Source: Lepidodermella squamata (taxonomy: Eukaryota; Animalia; Gastrotricha). From it: a DNA stretch of 64,000 nt. Under the pieces are notes generated by a model. It was not told where the DNA came from, did not search any database, and saw only the letters and a list, made by a program, of their open reading frames with translations. Positions 12,623-23,445 of the stretch are shown piece by piece. Position 1 is the first letter of the stretch; every line of letters starts with the position of its first letter. The position numbers were made by a program, and so were the translations under genes. The stretch covers positions 1,736,001 to 1,800,000 of the forward strand of contig JBLDXI010000007.1 in NCBI GenBank assembly GCA_047495785.1, in the 5' to 3' direction.

Positions 12623-13157
12623 ATGTCTGGCCAGAATCCTTCAAAAAAAGAAATAGCAGTGCAATTCCCTGAAATTAAGGAGCTTCGGGATGTCATGCCG
12701 TACGGCCGTGAGTTATCTGCTTTTCAATCCTTGCAAGTAATCCAGCATTTTTATTTCATTAGACAAGCTTGTTATGGCCTGTCAAAAGCAGCAAGTCGAT
12801 GAAAGGGTCAATCCTACCCCGACCTTGCCTCCAATACCGAGTAACGAATCATCACCCAGCCGCATTTCGATTGCTAGCTCTTCAAGAAACTCCATTCTAA
12901 CGGTCAAGCGTCGACGAAAGAAGACGACTTTATCACAACGCAAGGACCTTCAACTGCCAAATGGACATATTGTGAAAGTCCAAATCGGCGTTCGGCCGAA
13001 GTGCTGCCGTTGTCGCGATAATACTTACTACAGATGTGTTACATGCGTTGGTGACAAGAAACCCGCAATGTGCAACGGCAAATGTGCTTTCGATTACCAC
13101 GGTTTGGATTTTGATACAAATGAGCTTGAATCTGGGCAAATGTCCCCTTCTTTGTAA
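12623..13157 (+). CDS. Transposon-borne gene 3 with C-terminal piggyBac-type cysteine-rich (CRD) zinc finger; intron 12708-12762
   Basis: MSGQNPSK...MPYG|HKLVMACQ..., basic NLS-like KRRRKK, then GH...CCRC..TYYRCVTC...AMCNGKCAFDYH. Confidence 0.7.
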
Positions 13158-13355
13158 ATGAAATTTATTGTGCTAAAATTGTGACTTTTTAACAGATATA
13201 TGCGCAATCTAGATCGTGGTGATCGAAAACACATTTGCCGTTGTGATAATATGTTTTGTTGTTATGTCGTTAGATATACCTCGAATTTTACATCTAATTG
13301 AAAGAATGACTTCTTATAATATTCTGATAGATTTCTAATCAATAGGTACATAATA

Positions 13356-13952
13356 ATGACAGAAGGCAATAATTACACTATGCAGCCGTTTGGGAAAGCG
13401 TGGAGACGCCCGCCCCGCCAGCCAACGGCACTTGAAGTCGCTAACAGCCTGGTTAGGGCCGTTGACAAACTGGAAAAGGAGAACGCCGGTGAGATTAATT
13501 TAAGAAAATTGCAATTATGTATTAATTCTGTTGCTTTTTAGATCTCAAGACGAAGATAGCTGAAAAAGAAAGCAAAATTGGATCACTATGGAGCGATTTG
13601 TCTCAGCTGAAGAGCGAACTGGCAGATGCACAGAAACGACTGGTAGTTTCTTCTTCATTTTTCTTTATATTCAAAAATACCTGCTTTTTGTAAATTAAGG
13701 ATTGGAAGGAAAAATTGCTTCATGAATCAACTGAACTGGTTTTGGCCCTAACTGAGAATGTGACAGTCGAAAACGAGATTCCACATGTAATACCCTTTAA
13801 AAATGTGTGTGTTTCTCAAGTAAACTATTTCTTCTATATCTCAGGGTCGCAAACTTCCAAAAACAATAGCGATAGACGCTGGCGATTGGCTGAAAAATGC
13901 TCGACTGCCTTATGCCGTGGAAAAGCCGAAAAAACGACTCGCTGACTGGTAG
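13356..13952 (+). CDS. Transposon-borne gene 4, small coiled-coil protein, 4 exons
   Basis: Three GT-AG introns give a continuous frame: ...VDKLEKENA|DLKTKIAEKESKIGSLWSDLSQLKSELADAQKRL|DWKEKLL...EIPH|GRKLPKTIAIDAGDWLKNARLPYAVEKPKKRLADW*. Heptad pattern in the middle exons. Confidence 0.6.
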
Positions 13953-14500
13953 CAATTCTAACTCACAAGGCGAGCAATGACGAGCATCCCAAAAACTTGA
14001 GAACTATCAGAAATTTGTTTGGCTTAACTCCTTGCATAAATTTTCATCAAAGCTTACTGTTGTACTTAATTCTCAATTATAATCAAAGTTATATCGCAAA
14101 GTTATATCGCAAATATCGCTTCACTATGTGCCAATGTATAGCCGAGGAGAAGTAAAACATTTCATTGAAAAGGCTTAATCCTTTTTGACTTCTTCAACAA
14201 AGGTGAAAACTGATAGAGTAATTCCTTTCAGAAATCAAACATTGTCATGGTTGAAACCCCCGCTGTCGTGATGAACAAAATTAGATTCAATCAGATATCG
14301 AGTTCGACCAAGTTCAGTCGCAGGTATTAGGTTTTCACAACAGCAGAGAAAGCTGAAGGAGGTTTTTCCCTGGAAAATTCAATATTATGGCTGAACATTC
14401 GTACAAAAATCAATCGAACTCGAAAAATCGATAACTTGATCGACCGATAATCGATAATCCATCGGCAATGTTTAAAAATAAATCGAATTCGAGAAATCCA

Positions 14501-14682
14501 TAATTTGATCGATCGATGTTCGATAATCGATAATTTGATCGATCGATGTTCGATAATCGATAATTTGATCGATCGATGTTCGATAATCGATAATTTGATC
14601 GATCGATGTTCGATAATCGATAATTTGATCGATCGATGTTCGATAATCGATAATTTGATCGATCGATGTTCGATAATCGATA
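14501..14682. repeat. 30-bp tandem repeat (taatttgatcgatcgatgttcgataatcga) x6 within the transposon right arm
   Basis: Six identical units; degenerate related sequence at ~14411-14500. Confidence 0.95.
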
Positions 14683-15075
14683 GCCGATTATGGATTTTCT
14701 ATGCAATGCTAAATACACTCAAGTAACCTCAAATAATCTTAACCGAGTAGTAAAAAACTCGGTTATGCCGGATTTTCTTCATTTGTCTAGTTTACAACCG
14801 ACTTATTATACTCGGTTATAGCGGAATTTGGCAAAAAGTCGGTTGCAAACTCAGTTTTGCCGGGAATTAACGCCGAAAAATAGTAATCACCGATTTTTGT
14901 AATCGGTGGTGACTGAGTTATTTTTTACTGTGCGTGCGCCATTCAGCTTTTTCAAATGAATTCCGCTAATTGACAGTGTGGAATAATTTTGATTTCAAAA
15001 TCCTTTCCGCCGGGTTTTGGTTATTTTATCCTCCAAACTTTTTTATTGTTGGATTCCCGGCGAATGTCCCTAGTA

Positions 15076-15455
15076 CAGAGTGTCCCAGAATTTGCGCAAC
15101 TATTTATTAATTTGGCAAATTTTAGTAGGAAATTTTATTAAATTAAACCTACCGAGAGAATTTCCATCTTTTATCGACGATTTAACCGAAGAAATACAAA
15201 ATTTACCGGAGAAATCCCGGAAAACCCCGATGGTAACTGGTTCGGTAATTTTCGGTATTTTACCGGGTTGGACCAAATTTCTGCGGAATTTTTTAATCCC
15301 ATTGAAAGTGACGCATACTTAATTACTATTCTTATGATATTTTGAATTTTTCTAAATATTTTCTGGCCACGAGGTGTGACTTCGTCTCTCATTTTAAAAT
15401 TTCTGAACCCTTTTCCGTGTATTTTCTTTGCATGCGTTACTTATGGGACACGCTG
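15076..15455. mobile_element. Tc1/mariner-type MITE, 380 bp
   Basis: TA|CAGAGTGTCCCAGAA ... TTATGGGACACGCTG|TA (imperfect ~24-bp TIRs, TA duplication). Confidence 0.75.
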
Positions 15456-15677
15456 TAAGACCTACTTTAATTAGGCTTCTATGCACTCCGCTGGTCCACC
15501 TGGTTCGAGGTCTACCTCTGAGTCCAAACCACCCCAACGAAGGCGTCCTAATATATATTTTGTGAATTTATATATGGATAAATTGAATATTTTTATTCCA
15601 TCTAAAATTCGATTCACAGCGGGCGAGAGCCAATCAAATAGCATGCAAAGAATACTGTCTTGATCGAGGTAGCTTTT

Positions 15678-16364
15678 TCATTTCGTTTTCGGACGTTTGG
15701 CAATGTAGGCCTTGATGCCATCAACCTCAGCAACAGCCTTCGATAGAGCAACCACGCCAGGATAAGGGCTGAAATCGGCAAACTTGCCCTCGCTGATCAT
15801 TTCCACCAAAGCAGCAACATAAATATCGGCATAGGTGTACTGCAAAATGACGGAATTAAATTACATCGAAAAGGAAATTCTTAAAATAATTTATACCCCA
15901 TCGCCGCCAGCCAGATTCTTGCCGTTATTTTCCTTGATTCGCTTCTCGATAAAACCGAAAAGACGCGGCAAAAGTTCTGTGTTGAGTTTCTCGCGCAGCT
16001 GAGTCTTCCTTGCCTCGTCCTTTTCGCCGTAGATCGAGCCAACAAATTCCTGAAATTCGCGAGCACTTTCATAAGCTTCCTCAGCCTTGGCGCTTTCGAT
16101 CGGCGATTTTCCAACCAAACCGAAGTGATTCGCCAGAAATTTGATAATGGCAGCACTTTGACCTAGAAAATGCGTCTGCTTGCCGTCGCTGAATTCGAGA
16201 ACTGGAACGGTTCCCGTCGGCATTTTCGGCTTGATTGCCGGCCATTGCTCAAAGGTGAAACGAACGTCTTCGAAATCGGCCTTGGCGTAGGCCAGCGTCC
16301 AACGAATGGCTTCAGCACGGCCTGATCCGGCGAAGTAGTGAACCTTGAAATTGCCAATGGTCAT
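15678..16364 (-). CDS. Glutathione S-transferase, sigma-like (GST-1), intron 15840-15896
   Basis: HYFAGSGRAE, VPVLE, GQSAAI, GGDG|YTYADI, ends KRPKTK*. Confidence 0.95.
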
Positions 16365-16504
16365 TTTAAACTAGTTACTTTGCACAAAAATAAGGCTCTA
16401 TTTCGCAGCTTTATATACGCTGTGTAACACAGGTAAAAAACTCTTAAATAGTAATAAAGGAGAAAGCGGCGCACAGAATGCGTGAAAGCAATCAATAACA
16501 ATTT

Positions 16505-16547
16505 TTGACCGACTCTTTACCGCTACTATTTCAAATGTTTGACCGAC
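16505..16547. promoter_or_regulatory. Two TTGACCGAC motifs upstream of GST-1 (recurrent GST-promoter motif)
   Basis: Exact 9-mers at 16505 and 16539; the same motif recurs upstream of many other GSTs. Confidence 0.5.
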
Positions 16548-16805
16548 ATAAAATGGATGCTTATGAAGAAGGAATATAGATGCTTAAAAACTGAATAGCG
16601 CGGCCAAATAACAAGATTGTCGAGAATGAATTAATGGCTTTTTTACGATTATTAGTCCGAGAACAGTGCTTTTTTATTCGCGTGACTTTATTGCTGTTCT
16701 GTAGCGGGTGGGCGGGCGGTTAGAAACCAGATCAAAAATTTGTTGAATCAAATGTATCTCGTTCATATAATTTTCGGGCAATGAATTATAAAAGAATCAG
16801 AATAT

Positions 16806-17097
16806 CTTTTAGAGGAACCCAATTTGCCTGTAGCGAAAAACCATATCGGCATTTTGCGGAACCTAATTTATGGTAAGCAAAAGGCCGCTTTTTGAATATT
16901 TCTACGAAATTGAGGCAATGCATGAATTCTATAGTGAAGAATGTGCCTTTTACAGAACTTTACGCTGAATTTAATGATTTATTTCAAATTAACCTGATAA
17001 ATCATGACAAGTTTGAAAGCTTCAAAAAGTAGCTTTAGGCCCATTGAAAATTCCAATATTTGGTTCCGCTAACAGGCAATTTTGGTTCCTCTAAGAG
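16806..17097. mobile_element. MITE with ~37-bp imperfect TIRs
   Basis: CTTTTAGAGGAACCCAATTTGCCTGTAGCG vs reverse complement CTCTTAGAGGAACCAAAATTGCCTGTTAGCG. Related GGTTCCGC fragments at ~40786-40845. Confidence 0.7.
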
Positions 17098-17266
17098 TAA
17101 GACCCTAAAAGAATGTCCATATTGGAATCAAAACCAAATTTTATTCAAAATAAATAGGTTATCATTTAATTATGCAAATGTGAATAGGTGAATACTTGAA
17201 TGTAAAATATTCAAAGTTCGGTATGTAAGGGTTTTGATCTCCAGCCATTCAGACAATTGGCTGTTG

Positions 17267-17952
17267 TTAAAAATCACCCTTCGGACGCTTGGCAAGGTAG
17301 GCTTTCACTCCGGCATTTTCCGCCACAGCTTTAGCAACAGCTGAAACCCCGGTAAACGGGCTGAAGTCCAGAGCCTTATTGTTAGCCACTGCCATCTCGT
17401 ACAAAGCCGCCAAGAATGTGTCCGCATAGGAGTGCTGAAATTTGATGTATTAATAAATTGCGTTGATTTTTCCTTAAATCTTACCCCATCACCGCCGGCC
17501 AGGTTTTTGCCGCCATTTTCTTTGATGCGCTTTTCGAGAAATCCGAAAATTCTCGGGAAGTCCTCCTTAACAAGTTTGCCCATCTTTTCAGCCTTGCGAG
17601 CTTCGTCCTTTTCAAATCTAGCGAGCAGCGCCAATTCGTTGAATTCGCGTAGACTTTCATATGCCTCGTCGATTTTTGCGGTGTGAATCGCATTTTTGCC
17701 ACCTAGCCCGAGATTGGCGCCCACAAATTTGATGATCGCCGCGCTTTGGGCGAGTTTATGCGTCTGCTTGCCGTCGTTGAACTCGAGGACTGGCAGTTGT
17801 TGGAGCGGCATGCTTTCCTTCACACCCGGCCACTGCTCGCCGATGTATCGCTGATCTTCAAAGTCAGCTTTGCCGTAGGCTAGGGTCCATCGAATCGCCT
17901 CGCCGCGGCCAGTTGCGTTGAAGTAGTGCAGCTTGTACTTGCCAGTAGCCAT
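17267..17952 (-). CDS. GST sigma-like (GST-2), intron 17435-17484
   Basis: YKLHYFNATGRGE, QQLPVLE, AQSAAI, GGDG|HSYADT, KRPKGDF*. Confidence 0.95.
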
Positions 17953-18122
17953 TAGAGAGCTTTAGGAATATTTTCAGATAATTTGCAGAAAGAAATTTGG
18001 TTAGCTGTGGTTATGGGAGAAATTCGCCGGCTTAAATAGCATTGCTGCCATGCGTATTGATCGGGTGTGGTACGTGATTTACCTACTAAGTTATTCTGAA
18101 GTTTCTTTTCAGGTATAGAATT

Positions 18123-18268
18123 TTGACCGACATGCTGTAGTATTCGCCTGGATTTCTAAAAATAGCCCCGGCATGTAAAAAATGTCGGTCAAGATTCTTT
18201 GTTTCAGCATGAATAAGATGCGGTTTTATGTACGGGGAATGGCCGTCCTTCTTTGATTCTTGACCGAC
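18123..18268. promoter_or_regulatory. Three TTGACCGAC/GTCGGTCAA motifs upstream of GST-2
   Basis: Exact copies at 18123, 18184 (reverse orientation) and 18260. Confidence 0.5.
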
Positions 18269-18832
18269 ATTCAGTAAGGCTGCGCTAATTTTAGCAATTT
18301 GAGTTTAACCTCAATAAATTGCTTTTAGCACTAAAAAATTAGGTCACGCTATAAAAATGTCATTGCCACTGATTCTTTGCTGAGATAAAAGTTAAGGGAT
18401 AATAATCCGATCTTGGAATTTCGGCTTCAAATTATTTTCTCAGTTGATGATCCATGGAAGTAATAATGAAGGTCGCAGAAGGGACAACCGGAATTCGACT
18501 ATCAAGGTTAAAAAAAAACAAATAAAAAACCGACAACGGCCTTTTTCATGGCAACAAATTTCTGGTTATTTTTTTTATGTAAAGAAAAATTTTACTCTCA
18601 TTTGAATATTCACACCGGGCCGCCGAATAAGTTGCTCACATCATTTTCCTCTGCGATTACTTGCCTGGTTAAAATCACCGATTTGCCGTGATTGATAACA
18701 ACATTTTACAGCTTCTAGGTGAATCTTTTGGGACTAAAAAAATTGGTTAACCCTGAAAAACACGATTTTTCCGAAATTAAACTCCATTTTATTCACAATT
18801 AATTCGAGTTTAATTTGAAAGCATCTCCAGTG

Positions 18833-19515
18833 TTAGAAATCGCCCTTTGGACGCTTGACAAGATGAGACTTGACCCCCTCGTTCTCAGAAATCGCCTTGG
18901 CAACACCGGCAACGCCTGGATACGGAGCGAAATCAAAATAATTACGTTGGCTCATCATATCGTAAAGGCAAGCCAGGAAAATATCAGCATACGTGTACTA
19001 ATAAAATCGATATAAAATGTATAAATAAATAATTAAAATTTGTTTACCCCATCGCCACCAGCTACATTTTTGCCGGCGTTTTCGGTGATGCGCTTCTCGA
19101 GGAAGTTGAAAACCCTCGGGAAGTCATTCTTGGCGACCTTAGCCATCGCGTCCTTCTTCTTTTCTTCGTCCTTCTCAGACACGGCTTTGAAGAAAGCGTC
19201 TTGAAATTCGCGAGCACACTCATAAGCTTCATCGGCCTTGGCGACTTCCTTAGGATTCTTCCCCGAAAGACCGGCGGTATTAGCGACGAATTTAATGATA
19301 GTAGCGCTTTGGCTTAATTTCAAAGTTTTACCATCTTCGGTGAACTCGAGAACCGGCAGCTGTTGAAGCGGCATTGACGGCTTAGCAGCAGGCCATTCTT
19401 CGAATTTGTAACGGTGGTCTTCATAATCGATCTTGGCATAGGCAAATGTCCAGCGGATAGCCTCTCCCCGCCCGGCTCCATTGAAGTAGTGAAGCTTGTA
19501 TTTGCCAGCAGCCAT
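18833..19515 (-). CDS. GST sigma-like (GST-3), 1 intron
   Basis: YKLHYFNGAGRGE, QQLPVLE, SQSATI, GGDG|YTYADI, KRPKGDF*. Confidence 0.95.
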
Positions 19516-19872
19516 AATAGTATGTAAAAACCGCGTGAAAATTTTGGAGATTGTGAATGAAAACTACACACTGCTGCTTTATGAGAGGATCAATACGAAA
19601 AGTGGGGCAAAAAATTTCGGACTCTTGTTTATTATCGTGATATTTATTTTATGACGATGATAATAAAACTGAACCTCATTTTATAAAGACTTGCGTTTGA
19701 TAATTTGCCACGTGCTATAATGAAACCAATGATTGCTCATGAAAAAATCTCGTTCTAACTCTAAGATTCGATTTCAATGGATAAGCGAAACTATAGAATT
19801 GATCCATTATGAATTTTATCGATTTTTCCAGTCATTAAGATAATGAAGATTCATTCACTATTTTCGACGCAT

Positions 19873-20555
19873 TTACATGTCACTCTTTGGGCGCTTGGCG
19901 AGGTAGGCTTTCACTCCGGCATTTTCGGCCACAGCCTTGGCCACAGCTGAAACACCAGGAAATGGGCGTAAATCCAAAACCTTTTTTTCCACCGCAGCCT
20001 CAAAGAAAGCTGCCAAACAGGTATCCGCATAGGAGTACTAAAATTTGAAGGTTCAATAAATTATTTGAATTTTTCTTGAAATCTTACCCCGTCACCGCCG
20101 GCCAGGTTTTTGCCGCCATTTTCTTTGACGCGCTTTTCGAGAAATCCGAAAATTCTAGGAAAGTCTTCCTTGAGAACTTTACGCATCATTTCACCCTTTC
20201 GAGCTTCGTCCTTTTCGAAAATTGCTCGGAACAGCATTTCCTCTAATTCGCGTACACATTCATAGGCTTCGTCGATTTTAGCGGAATGAACCGGATTTTT
20301 GCCACCCAGCCCGAGATTATTGCCCACAAATCTGATGATCGCACCGCTTTGGGCGATTTTATGCGTCTGCTTGCCGTCGTTGAACTCAAGAACAGGTAGC
20401 TGGTGAAGCGGCATGCTCTCTTTCACGGCGGGCCATTGGTCAAATTTATATCGCTGATCTTCAAAGTCAACTTTGCCGTAGGCCAAGGTCCATCGAATCG
20501 CCTCAGCGCGGCCACCGCCGTTGAAATAGTGCAGCTTGTATTTTCCAGTAGCCAT
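19873..20555 (-). CDS. GST sigma-like (GST-4), 1 intron
   Basis: Close paralogue of GST-2/5; GGDG|YSYADT, KRPKSDM*. Confidence 0.95.
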
Positions 20556-21180
20556 TGCTAAAAATATTGCAACTTTTTACAAATTTGAAAAATGTGGTTA
20601 TTCGTGGTTGAGAGAAATCGCGCCAGCTTAAATAGTACGGTCATGTATTGATCAGGCGTGGCAGTAATTTAGTCCCGCAGCCTCTTTTTGACCGATGCAA
20701 GACAGCTTTCGACCGACCCGCATTGATAATAGCTCAACTGCTCGCTAAAAAACTGCACTTATCCACGCTAAATAAACGCGATCGATTGCGTTGACCTGTG
20801 CGGCAGACATTTTATGGCTTGTGCTAAATTTAGAAATCTAGTTTGTCTGAAATTATCGATTAAAAATCCGCAGGTATTTTTGCGCCTCCTAGTACTTATC
20901 TACATGCTCTTTGAAGATGACAAAAAATTCAAAAAACCGTCCCCAAACGTCAAAAATACGACTTTTGGCATGCCAAAATAAATACAAGACAAATTAGCGT
21001 ACCGCTAAGATTTAGCTGGTTCAAAGATGGCGCTGAGAAAAGGCATAGGCGAAAAATGGCCGATACGGAAATTTGTCTACAGTTGAGTAGTAGCAGATCG
21101 TCTACGTTTCTGCAGTGATGTCAGTTACTACCTTCTCACCCTCAATTTAGCATTTAAATTAGATAACAATTATATACAAA

Positions 21181-21538
21181 CGTGGTCAGACTTTTTAGCA
21201 GTGACAATTCAGCAAATGAGGGTCAAATCAACATGATCACACGATGTTTGTGAGCTCAACTTCAATGCAGCGCATAGTCCCCCCGCTGAATACGGCTGAA
21301 TTCTGTTGATGAAATGTCTCCGCTGAAATGTCACTGCGTAAATGTCACCGAGATAAAGATAATAAATTTGGAAAAAAATAAAATAAATTATCAAAAATCA
21401 CAGCTGACTTGTCACTGATGATTTGTCACTGCGTAAATGTCGCAGCTCAAATGTCACTGCTCATTTGTCACTTATGAAAAGTCACTGCTCATTTGACCCT
21501 CATTTGCTGAATTGTCACTGCTGAAAAGTCGTACAACC
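21181..21538. mobile_element. MULE-like non-autonomous element (foldback MITE), 358 bp
   Basis: 40-bp inverted repeat with 1 mismatch (21189-21228 / 21491-21530), internal GTCACTGC tandem motifs, and 9-bp flanks ATATACAAA / ATATTCAAA. Confidence 0.75.
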
Positions 21539-22055
21539 ATATTCAAAATAATATTTAATTTTATAAAAAAAAATTTCAGGTCGACTGTGGACATTTCCGT
21601 GCTTTAAGGGGGTGAGAGCATCCTAGAGGTTTGAAATTCAAAATTTAAAATCATCAACAAAACCTGAGTAAAAGCATCTTGAAATCAAAGATCCGTACTT
21701 CTTCAAGTGAACAAACTATATTTGCAATTTGCTAGAAAATACAGAAAACTCGTCAAATCCCACTTTTCACTTATTTCTGGTCATTTAAAAAAAATTCATG
21801 TGAAGGTATAAAAGGCGCATTTTTTCTTCGGCAAGTTGTCCCGACGCCACATGTATTTCCATTTTCAGCTATCCTTTCTTGATTGTTAATATTATGACCT
21901 CGAACTCTATTGTGCGTATCTAGTAACCGCTTTTATTTTTAATGCTTGAAAGAAAAAAGAAAATCTACAAATAATTAATAATTTATAGGCAGGTCTCTTC
22001 ATCAATTCTTCCCAGCTATTCTCGGCTAGGTGCAAATTCGATGATTGGCACGCAT

Positions 22056-22743
22056 TTAAAAATCAGCCTTTGGACGCTTTGCGAGGTAGGCTTTCACTCC
22101 GGCACTTTCGGCCACAGCTTTAGCTACAGCGGAAACTCCAGGAAACGGGCTGAAGTCCAGAACCTTGTGAGCAGCTACCATCTCGAACAAAGCTGCCAAA
22201 AAGGTGTCCGCATAGGAGTGCTAAAATGTCATGTATTACTATTAATAAATTATTTTGATTTTTTGCTTATCTTACCCCATCACCGCCGGCCAAGTTTTTG
22301 CCGCCATTTTCTTTGACGCGCTTTTCGAGAAAGCCGAAAATTCTCGGGAACTCTTCCTTGATAACCTTTCCCATCAATTCACCCTTGCGAGCTTCGTCCT
22401 TCTCAAACATAGCGCGGAACAAAGTTTCTTGAAATTCGCGAAGGCTTTCGTAGGCCTCGTCGATTTTGGCCGCATGAACAGGATTTTTGCCACCGAGCCC
22501 GACGTTGTTGCCCACAAATTTGATGATCGCTGCGCTTTGGACGAATTTATGCGTCTGCTTGCCGTCGTTGAACTCGAGAACAGGAAGTTGGTGGAGCGGC
22601 ATGCTCTCTTTCACAGCCGGCCATTGGTCCCTTTGGTATCGCTGATCCTCAAAGTCGACTTTGGCGTAGGCCAAGGTCCACCGAATCGCCTCAGCGCGGC
22701 CACCGCCGTTGAAGTAGTGCAGCTTGTATTTTCCAGCAGCCAT
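22056..22743 (-). CDS. GST sigma-like (GST-5), 1 intron
   Basis: Close paralogue of GST-2/4; GGDG|HSYADT, KRPKADF*. Confidence 0.95.
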
Positions 22744-22898
22744 GTTATATTTCGGGCAGATTCTTCAAACGGAAAAATGTGGTTAGTCGTGGCTCGAAGA
22801 AAAGATGGCGGCTTAAATAGTGCGTCGTGTATTGATCAGGTATGGCGTATGTGTTTACCTTCTTTTTTATTCTAGAACTTTCCTTACCGCGAAATTTT

Positions 22899-23031
22899 TT
22901 GACCGACTCGCATTCATAAAACATCAATTCCTCGTTAAAAAACTGCACTTTATTCACGCTGCATCAATGCCGTGGATTCTTGACCGACATTTAATAGCAT
23001 GTGCTAATTTTAGATATCGAGCTTGACCGAA
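22899..23031. promoter_or_regulatory. TTGACCGA motifs upstream of GST-5
   Basis: Exact TTGACCGAC at 22899 and 22980; TTGACCGAA at 23023. Confidence 0.5.
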
Positions 23032-23445
23032 ATAATTTATTGAACCTACCAGCGACCCAGTTCAACCCCCGCAGTAGTTCTTATTATTACTGTTATATAC
23101 AGGTTATTGGAAATCATCGTGTAACCTGGGTTCGTAATATCATACGTTTCTACGCTTATTTGAGAATCATTCCCGTTCTTTTCAACGCACTAGAATTGTT
23201 TAATTGTCGAATTGTGGAGGCTAACTTAATTGAAGTATAAAACTCTTATTATTTGGGAAAATGGAAAATAAATCGAAATCTAATAATTAAAATAATTCTC
23301 CAATGCGCAAAAATCTAAGTCAGCATCAGAATTATAAAAAAACTTGTTCTCGTAGCTCACAAATCAGAGTAATTTATTATCGAGGTGAGGGGTAAACAAA
23401 AGACCACTTTCAGCAAAAAATATCCACGCTAAAAAAATTGATCTA

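Larger units (their letters stand above)
6970..14932 (-). mobile_element. EnSpm/CACTA (CMC superfamily) DNA transposon, ~7.96 kb, apparently full length
   Basis: Imperfect ~30-bp TIRs starting CACAGTAAAAAA. CG on both flanks (6968-6969, 14933-14934). A second inverted block ATTCCCGGCAAAACTGAG (~7043-7060 / ~14850-14867), dense subterminal ACCGA repeats at both ends, and an internal CMC transposase. Confidence 0.92.

Noticed and set aside
14262-14307. Similarity to UGT upstream sequence (~6694-6790, ~3250) suggesting capture of flanking DNA
   Set aside because: Two short imperfect matches with different spacing; cannot be distinguished from a dispersed repeat or chance.
14501-14682. CRISPR-like array, or the ORFs 14410-14718 / 14505-14726
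   Set aside because: Units are contiguous with no unique spacers and the context is eukaryotic; the ORFs are by-products of a stop-free 30-bp repeat.
15484-15550. tRNA or SINE (GGTTCGAG B-box-like)
   Set aside because: No A-box or cloverleaf could be built.
21604-21640. Kolobok-like end (TTAA GGGGG)
   Set aside because: No matching second terminus found.
22255-22875. Plus-strand ORFs antisense to GSTs (also 43500-44102, 39122-39709)
   Set aside because: Antisense shadows of codon-biased GST exons.
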